A stretch of DNA of 33,377 nucleotides from Chiloscyllium plagiosum (lineage: Eukaryota). The translations under genes and the position numbers were made by a program. The DNA is taken from contig NC_057719.1 of the NCBI RefSeq assembly GCF_004010195.1, positions 20,127,112-20,160,488 of the forward strand. Reading direction: 5' to 3'. Shown piece by piece: positions 24,449 through 33,377 of this stretch; positions within the stretch are counted from its first letter, which is position 1; each line of letters opens with the position of its first letter. The notes beneath the pieces are model-generated. The model was not told where the DNA came from. It ran no database searches and worked only from the letters and a program-made list of their open reading frames with translations.

Positions 24449-25916
24449 CCCTTAACTAATGCCTTCAGCTTTCAAATTCCTTAGTTTTAGGCTGAACATT
24501 TTGGTTTCTCCAGCTTTTCTCTACACCTCAAACTTTTCCACAAGGAAGCAGTCTCTTGAACCTTATTTTCTTTGTTTCACTGTTTGAAAATCAGTCCTAT
24601 AATTTGCTATCCAAGGTACATTTTTTACAGATCACTGTATGCAATCTCATTCTTCTCAGTGAAACCTCACCTCTCATGCCTGACAAGTTATATGCGGATA
24701 AGTTTTAATCTATTTATTAAACTATTGATGGTCACACCTTCTTGTTTTTAAGAATAAATTTAGCTTTTATCACTCTTATCAACATTTTGCCCTTATTTCC
24801 TGAGATATTATTGAGTGACCTAAGTCAGTCCCTTTTCTTTAAGCCATTCCACTGTTTTTTTGAGTTTAGCTGATATATGCCCGATTCCAGTCTTGTGTGT
24901 ATGTGACTCCCAGATTGAGAACTTCCAGCCTCATGCCTGTCTACTTCCAATATTCGGTGACTATTATTATTTGTTTGAAATAATTGGCAAATACTAGTTA
25001 GGAGAGAAACTGCTCTCATGGCTTTCTTCATTCATTAGGCTATTTAACAACTACATTTCACAATTGTTAATGCTGGCTCTACATCACTTGAGTTTTATAT
25101 TTGGATGATTAAAATCATCCACTCTAATAGCTTTTCTTATTACCACTTGAACTTTTGATCTCATCAAATTGCAATATGAACTATTTACTTCCTTCATCCA
25201 TTTACTTCAGACTTCTTACAAAAAATGGAGGTGTAGTCAAATGGTCACTTGGATCAAAGGACATTGAGTATGCTGAACAGTTAGGAAACAACATAAATGA
25301 GGATTGCAAAGGAATCAAAACTAAATTGAAACTTTTACCTAACGAACGACAGTACTATCAATTTCTATGCAATAGGCATCTTGAACATGTTACATCAAAT
25401 TTCAATAGGCTAAATCCTAGCTTCCTCCATTGGGGGGAGCTCTTGCCTTAGCTTATGGAGTCCAGGTTTCATAGAACAAACTTGCATTTATATGTTGCCT
25501 TTCATGGTCTTAGAATATCTCAAAGTATGAGGATCAGACTATTTTCTCCCATTCTACTTTCAGCTCAGGCATAAAGCATGCAGAATGATATTCACTCATA
25601 TCTTTAAGCTTCAATAACAGGTACTAGACTTGATATAGCGCCTTTAATGCAGGAAGATGCCACAAGGCACATCATGTATGAAGTAAGTAAGTGAATGTAA
25701 ATGTGAAGGAAAATTAACCAGAAAAAGAAATGATGACAAGTCAAGGAAAGAAATATTAAAGGGACTTGACTAAATCCGGATCAGAGAGAAGAATTCAAAG
25801 AGGGTTTATAGGAGAGGAGGACATTTAAGAAGTGAAGAAGACCTTTTTTTTATATGAAATTGTGACATTGCCACTTCTGTGGCTTGACAATGCCAGGAAT
25901 CCAATAGACTCATATA

Positions 25917-26570
25917 TGGGTGTAAGTTTGCTCGCTGAACTGGAAGGTTTGTTTTTAGCCCACAAACCAACCAACACACTAAAATAGCAGCTAATGAACT
26001 TGAAAGACCCTATACAGACAACAAGCAAAACTAATGTCATCTACAAAATACCTTGCAAGAACTGTAACAAACATTTCATTGGACAAACAGGCAGAAAACT
26101 AGCCACCAGGATACATGAACATCAACTAGCCACAAAACAACATGACCCATTCTCACTAATATCCTTACATATGGATGAGGAAAGACACCATTTCAACTGG
26201 GACAACACATCCATCCTAGGATGAATTAAACAGAGACATGCATGAGAATTCCTAGAAACATGGCATTCCAACCGGAACTCTATCAAGAAACTCTTTGACT
26301 TAGATCCCATTTACCACCACTTGAGAAAAAGAACATGAAATGACACCACCGTAGGAAATGATATCACCACAAGAAATGATGTCACCAACCCAAGGAAACT
26401 TGAACATCTCAATAGAAAGCAGGCTACACAACCAGTGCTTCATTTGGCAGCTCACTGAAGATGTTACCTAGTATGGTGACAAAATGTTTGAAAACAAACC
26501 TTCCAGCTCAGCGAGCAAACCTACGTCCAGAACCTCAACCTGAGCTACAAGTCCTCTCAAAATTCACTAA
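25917..26570 (+). mobile_element. Penelope-like element 3' part (GIY-YIG endonuclease plus terminus) with a short inverted terminus at its 5' junction
   Basis: ORF 25994-26224 has NVIYKIPCKNCNKHFIGQTGRKLATRIHEHQ; 25918-25957 is the imperfect reverse complement of 26491-26529; decayed hammerhead TCA-CTGAAGA-T-GTTACC..GGTGAC-AAAATGTT-TGA at 26452-26491. Confidence 0.9.
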
Positions 26571-27291
26571 AACTCTTTTACATTGGGAGGTCCATTTTAG
26601 AATCTTTCTGTGGAAATTATTTTAAATTCATTGCGCTTCAATCGAAAGTACCATATTTACCCAAGTATATTCCTTGTTATTTTCCTGTGAACATTGATTG
26701 GAACATTCCTTGGAACATAGAAGTACATTCAATATTTCATTCATTTTTGGCCTTGCCCTCATATTTATTGAATAGAGTGACTTTCCCTATTACTCTTTCA
26801 TTTTAAGAAAGGAGTGTGTTGTGAAATAATTTGCTAACCCTTGTCCAACTGCACAGCCAGAACAATTGGAGAAATACACAATGCAGTTCATGTTACTCAA
26901 CAAGTCTGCAAAAGGTTTAGTGTGGAACAATAGCATTATTAAAGATGAACAACACAGTGCAGTGAAGGGAAGCTATTAATCTCAGTTTGGGAGAAACCTC
27001 ATGGAGTCCAACCAATGTTTTTCTCTCCACGAAATGTTTTGCTTCCTCCCAAGAGTTCCAAGACTGATTTATTGTGATTGAAAACTCACTGTGCAGAAAA
27101 TCATGATATAGTTTCCATTTCTAACTAAAACATCAGATCTAACGGATAAACACAACGAGGAAAAATTTAGCACCAGGATTAATTTTTCAATTCCACCATC
27201 AGACAGAACTTAAAGTTAGTGACTAGGATCTTGCCTGCTATCTGAGGAACTGGTAGGACCCCTATGTCACCTTTGTTGATGAAGGATGTGC

Positions 27292-27537
27292 GAACATACG
27301 GACATATGAAATAAGAACAGAAGTAGACCATTTGGCCCCTGGACCCTCCTTCTTCATACAACAAGGTCATGGCTGATCAACTTTTGTTTCAAATTCCACA
27401 TTCCCATCTAACCACAAAGACACTTACTTAAAATGCTTAACAAGGATCCATTCATCTCTGCCTTAAATGTGTTCAGTGATCCCACTTCCATAACCTTCTG
27501 AGGCAGAAGGTCCCAAAGTCACATAAACCTCTGAGAC
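27292..27537 (-). mobile_element. Degenerate CR1 3' end
   Basis: GAACATACGGACATATGAA..AGTAGACCATTTGGCCCC..TCATGGCTGATC..CTCTGCCTTAAA is the reverse of a CR1 tail and ORF2 end. Confidence 0.7.
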
Positions 27538-28192
27538 AGCAAAGAAATTGAGTGTACAATCATTATTACACCAACCAGCAGCAGGCCTGATGATTCCAGG
27601 ATGGAAATCTAGCCTTTCCCCCACTTGTCCCCTCCTACGTTCTGCTAACCAGAAGCTTGCAGTTCTCCATCACCTGTTAGCAATACCTGAACATTGATGG
27701 TAATGTACCCATCTAAAGACAAAGATCCTCAGTCAAAATTTAAAGGGAGCAAGCTGGCTCTTGCAGAGAGGGTTCCTGACTGGTGGGTAACACTGCATGG
27801 TGATTCTGAGCTCCTTTCCAAATGCTAGGAACTTGCTGGGGCTGTGAGTGCCTTTGAATGAGGGAACTCAGAGCTTTTTTGAGTTCCCACCTACTGACTC
27901 ACTGCTGTACCTTCCTAAATACTAGCAGTGAAAGGAATTGAGGTCCTTAATTAGACATTAATTGCTCACTTAAGAGCCTTATGTAGAATCCAGGCAATAA
28001 GAGTGCCCACATTGCCTTCCAGCTGTAGACCTAATAGGGTGGCTGAGGAAGACAGCAGAGACTCCATCTCATTAAATCACTGGGCACTGGGGCATGTGGA
28101 GCACTTCTCTTCTTCTGATATCACTGCCAAAGTTACCATTCCATTCACTGCTTCATTAGAACATTCTGATTTTTTAAAATCACTCTTACTGC

Positions 28193-28562
28193 AGAGGTTT
28201 ATAAAATCATGAGGAGCATAGATAGGATCAATGGGCAAGGTCTTTTCCTTGGGGTGGGGGAGTCCAGAACTAGAGGGGCATTGGTGTTGGGTGAGAGGGG
28301 AAAGATATAAAAGGGACCTAAAGTGCAACATGTTCACATAGAGGGTAGTGCATGTATGGAATGAGCTGCCAGAGGAAGTGGTGGAGGCTAGTACAATTGC
28401 AACATTTAAAAGGCATCTGGATGGGTATACGAATAGGAAGGGTTTAGAGGAATATGGGCCAAGTGCTGGTAAATGGGATTAAATTAGGTTAGAATATCTG
28501 GTCTGTGTGGCCAACTTGGACCGAAGGGTCTGTTTCCATGCTGTACATCGCTATGACTCTAT
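28193..28562 (+). mobile_element. CR1 (HER1-like) LINE 3' end
   Basis: EVYKIMRSIDR, RVVHVWNELPEEVVEASTIATFKRHLDGY; tail TTGGACCGAAGGGTCTGTTTCCATGCTGTA..CTATGACTCTAT, similar to HE1-like SINE tails. Confidence 0.9.
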
Positions 28563-28940
28563 TACTAGTGGTATCATATCAATTTAGGGCTGCCAAACGC
28601 TCTTGGTTTCTCGTGGTGGTTCCATGCGTTATTAGGAATCTTGCTGGGAGTTTGAGAAAGGGAAGATAGGGAAGGAGCCTGGCAACAGTCACCTGGAAAC
28701 AGTCAACCTTAAACAGAAATTCAACTAAAGGCCTGCACTTGAAACGTTAACCTGCATCAATCTGCAATCTTGCTCTTTTTTTTGTCATGTAACTTTCAAG
28801 GTACAGGTTGTTCTGCTATAACGTGACAATTGCATTCCTCTGCAACTCCATGATATAGAAAATCTTACTATAGAAAACTGCAACAGAAAATCATGTTGTA
28901 GAAGATGGCTATAGAAAATCACTAAACCTGCTCAGTAAAA

Positions 28941-29043
28941 AGTAAAAATTCCTGATGAAGGGCTTTTGCCCGAAACGTCGATTTCGAAGCTCCTTGGATG
29001 CTGCCTGAACTGCTGTGCTCTTCCAGCACCACTAATCCAGAAT
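28941..29043 (+). mobile_element. ~100-bp solo Penelope terminus inserted in the MITE
   Basis: 13-bp TSD CTGCTCAGTAAAA at 28928-28940 and 29044-29056; homologous to 18809-18900 and 22989-23073. Confidence 0.9.
28948..28983 (+). ncRNA. Minimal hammerhead ribozyme motif, intact core
   Basis: ATTC-CTGATGA-A-GGGC TTTT GCCC-GAAA-CGTC-GATT. Confidence 0.7.
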
Positions 29044-30187
29044 CTGCTCAGTAAAAGGTTTACATTATCCAAACAGCATCCACAACTCGTCAATTGTATT
29101 ATAGCCAAAACGTGCAATCCAGCAGAACAACCTGTATTATCGAGCAGTCAAAATTGCAATAGTATCTCACAATCAAACAATGAAATGAGGGTTTCTGGTT
29201 TATCTCAATTAAAATGAAACTTGTTTACTCCTGCAAATTGTAAAGAGGCACAGGCAGCTCCACAGTATCATTTTTCAAAGTTGGAAAACATTACCAAAAG
29301 AATGAACGCGACAAATGTACACATTTTGAAAATGGGCCAGTGGCATTAATATTGTGAAGATGGTTCGAAACTACTTACTTGAAATCCATTCTGTTGCTCA
29401 ACGGGCCTTGTTTATACTGGCACATTAATCAACTGCACAGCAGGTTGCCTCTCTCCTGTTTAATCTCTTTTCAATCCACTGCTGTGTAGCCTCTAATTAC
29501 TGTTCTTATCTCAGAGTGTCATTAAATAACATCATTCGGGGAAGCATTACTATCCTTTCCTAATTCACTTTAACTCCAACCATTTATACCCTGTTTAGGG
29601 TAGCAAACAAACACTGGATTTGAATGCTAATTCTTCCAAATGTGACATCCCTTTGAGACACTAAAGTAGGTGAAAAGTTAACATTTCAAATACGCCCTTT
29701 GCTGCTGAAAAAGGCTAGGACATGTAAGTGCAAGTTGTTTTATCATGTGTATGAGGTTTAATTCTAATTAGTCTCCCTGGTATTATATTGTTTCTTGAGT
29801 CTAAGATACTTTCTGTAAGCCACTTTATTACAAGTTAATAGATGCAAACATTCTCCAAGAGCCTGTTCCAGCTTCAGTTCCCGTCAGATAATCATGTGTC
29901 ATTGCCATTATCATTAAACCATCATTACTCCATATGGATGAGCTATCCTGTCTCAGAAACAAGAACCATTAATACAGTTAAGCCATGGCTTTGTTGACAG
30001 TATGCCTGGTTCTGACACAGAGAATTTTGGGCTCCAGTCCCAGGCTATGCCTTGAACTCAGAAATCTAGGCTGACCTTTTGGTGTACAACAGAGGAAGTG
30101 CTCCCCTGTTGGAAGGGCTATCTTTCAGATGAGTTGTTAAACTGAACACTACCTCCTCCCCCCACCCCTCCCCATCCCGTCTGCCTT

Positions 30188-30582
30188 AAACCAAAACAGA
30201 GAGTGCTGTAGAAACGTCTATGGCAAAGTCCATAAAAATGAGACAGAGTTCATGCTGAGTTCAATATGACTCCATGCAACTGAAGAAGCCTGGAAGAGAG
30301 ATGGTTCTGATGCCCTTGTATAAGGGGAAAGAAGGAGCAGATGAGAAAGGAGCCCTCAAGCAAAAGAACTACCAATGGTAGTGGAGAATTACTGCAGATG
30401 AAGAATAGGTATTAATGGCAGAAAATAGGTTAGCTCAGCTCTTATAAGAGCCACATGGAACTTAAAACAGTGACTGTGTTTTTCTCCCTCCAAAGAGACT
30501 GACAGACCAGCTGAATTTCTCCAGCACTTATTGTTTTATTTCAGATCTTCAATGTCTTTAATATTTTGCTTGTATTTCTTCA
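30188..30582. mobile_element. Old Penelope-terminus insert with inverted ends
   Basis: AAAACAGAGAGTGCTGTAGAAAC (left) vs GAATTTCTCCAGCACTTATTGTTTT (right); flanking direct repeat TCTGCCTT at 30180-30187 and 30583-30590. Confidence 0.6.
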
Positions 30583-30695
30583 TCTGCCTTCTTGGATGGA
30601 TATAAATGATCCTGGGACTTGATGAGCAAGCTGGTGTATTACCTAACCATTGCCCCTCAACCACCACCACAGGAGCAGATTACCTAGTCACTTCA

Positions 30696-31045
30696 AGGCA
30701 GCAAGGTGGCACAATGGTTAGCACACCTGCCTCGCAGTGCCAGGGACCCTGGTTCAATTCCAGCCTTGGGCGACTGTCTGCGTGGAGTTTGCATGTTCTA
30801 CCTGTCCCTGCGTGGGTTTCTGCTGGGTGCTGTGGTTTCCTTCCCAGTCACAAAGATGTGCAGGTTAAGTGGGTGAGCCATGCTCAAAGAAAGTTACCCC
30901 ATAGTGTCTCAAAATGTGCAGAGTTGGCAGGTTGGCCATGGTTTAAAAGCCCCAAATGTGTCAGGGTGGGACACTCTTCAGAGGGTCACTACAGACTTGA
31001 TGGGTCAATTAGCCTCTTCCTGTACTGTAAGGATTCTACTGTATA
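30696..31045 (+). mobile_element. HE1-like V-SINE (diverged subfamily)
   Basis: GGTGGCACAATGGTTAGCAC, GGTTCAATTCC, GTGGAGTTTGCATGTTCT..GCGTGGGTTTC, tail TGTACTGTAAGGATTCTA. Confidence 0.85.
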
Positions 31046-31126
31046 AACATTCAGCTATTTTTGTGAACTTGCTGTGTAAAAAATTGGCTACCACATTTCC
31101 AATGTTACAACAATCACTACATTTAT

Positions 31127-31491
31127 GGGAGGCAACGCACAGTAGTATTATCGCTGGACTGTTAATCCAGAGACCCAGGTAATGTTCTGGGGACCCAAGT
31201 TCAAATCCTGCCATGGTAGATGGTGGAATTTGAATTCAATAAAATATTTATAAATCTGTAAGTATAAGTTTAACGGCGACCACAAATCCATCCACAATTC
31301 CATGATTGTTGGAAAAAACAATCTCGTTCACAAAGTCATTTAGGGAAGGAAACTCCATTCTTACCTGGTCTGGCCTACATGTGACTCCAGATTTACAGCA
31401 ATATGGTTAAATTTAACTACCCTCTGGGATGGGTAATGAATGCTGGCGCAGTTAGAAATGCCCACGTCCCATAAGTGAATTTTTTAAAAAA
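31127..31491 (+). mobile_element. tRNA-derived SINE sharing its 3' tail with the CR1-group LINE
   Basis: tRNA-like head TAGTAGTA..CTGGACTGTTAATCCAG (stem-loop)..AGTTCAAATCCT; tail GGGATGGGTAATGAATGCTGG..GCCCACGTCCCATAAGTGAAT resembles 7225-7272. Confidence 0.8.
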
Positions 31492-31502
31492 TTCAAAACA
31501 AC

Positions 31503-31820
31503 GCACGGCACGGTGGCACAGTGGTTGGCACTGCTGCCTCACAGCGCCAGAGACCCAGGTACAATTTCCGCCTCAGGCAACTGTCTGTGTGGAGTTTGCA
31601 CATTCTCCTGTGTTTGCGTGGGTTCTCTCTGGGTGCTCCGTTTTCCACCCACAGTCCAAAGATGTGCAGGTTAGGTGAGTTGGCCATGCAAAATTGCCCG
31701 TAGTGTTAGGTGAGGGGGTAAATGTAGGGGAATGGGTCTGGATGGGTTACTGTTTGGAGGGTCGGTGTGGACTTGTTGGGCTGAAGGGCCTGTTTCCACA
31801 CTGTAGGGAATCTAATCTAA
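31503..31820 (+). mobile_element. HE1-like V-SINE, full length
   Basis: CGGCACGGTGGCACAGTGGTTGGCAC.., V-core TGTGTGGAGTTTGCACATTCTCC, tail GAAGGGCCTGTTTCCACACTGTAGGGAATCTAATCTAA. Confidence 0.92.
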
Positions 31821-32671
31821 AACTTGTATTTTGACAGTGAGGTGCAGTGAGTTGTTTGATTCATGAAAAATGCTACATAAATGAAATTAAGGAATCTAGT
31901 TATCTACTTTTTTTAACAACCTTTTAATCTTAACTGGCAGCTTGTTTTCTTGGGTCTTGGGGAACCTGGCAGTAAATTAATTTTGCAGTTCTGCTTGTTC
32001 TGGCCTGGAGCTTCAAGAATGCTTCCATCTGGATCAACAAGCTACCTTCCTTCCAGTTCCATGGTTGTTATTTTCCAGCCCAAAATATCTTCTCTCTCCC
32101 ACTCCACCAACCTTACAGCATCATTTTTCACTGTCTCCCTCGCTGCTCTCTTCTTGCCTCTGTGTCCTACTGCTGCAGACTTTCCCATGCAGCTGGAAGA
32201 TAACCTGCTAACCATTCAAATCGGCTGTCAAACAAAATGCTGGCAGAAAAGTAACAACGTCTATTTTGCAGTTGAAAGCTGCATGAGATAAGAGAAACCT
32301 ATACTTTCGCTTGCCCATCCATAATTTCAAAAAATGTTGGCAAATTCCATCCATTACGATCATAATAATCTAATGTTCTTGAGCTAAAATGACAACTATG
32401 GTAGGTTGGTGGAATCTAACACCAGAGAGCAAGTTCTTAAACTCAAAGCAAGTACGTGTTAATTTGAGGTTAATTGTTCCTGATTTTCTTACCCAACTTC
32501 ACTTAGAGCAAAGCTCCAACTGGAAATGTACCTAATTTGTCTGAGCTGATATACACTAGTATCATTGTTCTCTGCTCTTTCATACCAATTGATTAGTTCC
32601 TTTTCACTTTCCCATTCAGTTAATATCTGATCATAGAAATCACCATGAGGGTTATAATGTAGATATCTTTT

Positions 32672-32808
32672 TCTAAGTTCATAAGATATAGGATAAGTAT
32701 TAGGCCATTTGGCCCATCAAGTTTGCTCCCCCATTCGATCATGGCTGATAGGCTCCTCATCCCAATTTTTCTGCCTTCTTTCCATAATCCTTCAGCCCAT
32801 TACCCAAT
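32672..32808 (-). mobile_element. Short CR1 3'UTR fragment
   Basis: TAAGTTCATAAGATATAGG..TAGGCCATTTGGCCCATCAAG..CCATTCGATCATGGCTGAT is the reverse of a tail like 6560-6646. Confidence 0.75.
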
Positions 32809-32860
32809 ACTATGATCTCTCATCCTAGAATGTCACACAAGAGGAAACAATTCAGAGCTC

Positions 32861-33377
32861 AAACTAGGAGAAAGTGAGGTCTGCAGATGCTGGAGATCAA
32901 AGTTGAAACTTTATTGCTGGAACAGCACAGCAGGTCAGGCAGCATCCAGGGAACAGGAGATTCGACGTTTCGGGCACAGGCCCTTCTTCAGGAATGAGCA
33001 GAGAGTGTTCAGCAGGAGAAGATAAAAGGTAGGGAGGAGGGACTTGGAGGAGGGGCGTTGGAAATGTGATAGGTGGAAAGAGGTCAAGGTGAGGGTGATA
33101 GGTCGGAGTAGGATGGAGGCGGAGAGGTCAAGAAGAAGACTGCAGGTCAGGAAGGCGGTGCCGGGCGGGAGGGATCCGGCTGAGACAAGGTGGGGGGAGG
33201 GGGGATGAAGAAACTGGTGAAGTCCAAGTTCATCCCCTGCGGTTGGAGGGATCCCAGTCGGAAGATAAGACGCTCCTCCTCCGACCGTCGGGTTGTTGTG
33301 GTTTGGCGGTGGATGAGTCCAATGACCTGCATATCCTCGGTGGAGTGGGAGGGGGAGTGGAAATGCTGTGCTACAGG
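32861..33377 (-). mobile_element. Young Penelope-like retroelement 3' end (GIY-YIG C-terminus plus terminus), continues beyond the window
   Basis: Frame open from the window edge to the stop at 33147: PVAQHFHSPSHSTEDMQVIGL..EEERLIFRLGSLQPQGMNLDF; CpG-rich; terminus matches 22869-22984. Confidence 0.92.
32960..32995 (-). ncRNA. Minimal hammerhead ribozyme, intact
   Basis: Minus strand ATTC-CTGAAGA-A-GGGC CTGT GCCC-GAAA-CGTC-GAAT: helix I ATTC/GAAT, helix II GGGC/GCCC, palindromic ACGT in place of helix III. Confidence 0.75.

Larger units (their letters stand above)
28804..29134. mobile_element. Tc1/mariner (Tigger-like) MITE with TA target duplication
   Basis: TA|CAGGTTGTTCTGCT ... AGCAGAACAACCTG|TA, perfect 14-bp TIRs. 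Confidence 0.85.
29982..31888 (+). mobile_element. One old Deu-core SINE (SacSINE1-like) split into four pieces by later insertions
   Basis: Head and Deu start 29982-30187 (AAATCTAGGCTGAC..TCTTTCAGATGAG..CCCGTCTGCC), 30591-30693, 31047-31124 (AAATTGGCT..TTACAACAATCACTACA), tail ~31823-31888 (TGAAAAATGCTACATAAATG), in recalled consensus order. Confidence 0.6.

Noticed and set aside
25155..25451. 98-aa ORF
   Set aside because: Non-ATG start and no recognisable motif.
31503..31575. tRNA-like sequences (also at 12033, 13863, 30696 and 31127)
   Set aside because: These are SINE heads continuous with core and tail sequences, not tRNA genes.
31950..32291. 113-aa ORF and short minus-strand frames
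   Set aside because: No recognisable domain or consistent splice structure.

Overview
Eukaryotic, repeat-dominated DNA with no recognisable host gene. The V-SINE (HE1-type), Deu-SINE, CR1 and Penelope families point to a cartilaginous fish, most likely a shark. This is inferred from remembered consensus motifs, not from a database search. Bases 1-6375 are a ~43-bp minisatellite/satellite with a built-in hairpin and higher-order duplications, joined directly to a 5'-truncated CR1 LINE. The rest is a layered fossil record of mobile elements: a decayed pogo/Tigger transposon (~9521-13223) split by a Penelope element at its first catalytic Asp motif, CR1 and CR1-group LINE fragments, four HE1-like SINEs, other tRNA-SINEs, LTR-like pieces and a TA-flanked MITE. 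The most interesting signal is a set of Penelope-like termini from several families carrying minimal hammerhead-ribozyme motifs with covarying helix I and a self-complementary ACGT/AGCT in place of helix III. Several occur as tiny non-autonomous inserts, some TSD-flanked, including a perfect 81-bp fold-back whose apex sits on the ribozyme. Nearly all listed ORFs are TE remnants or spurious.
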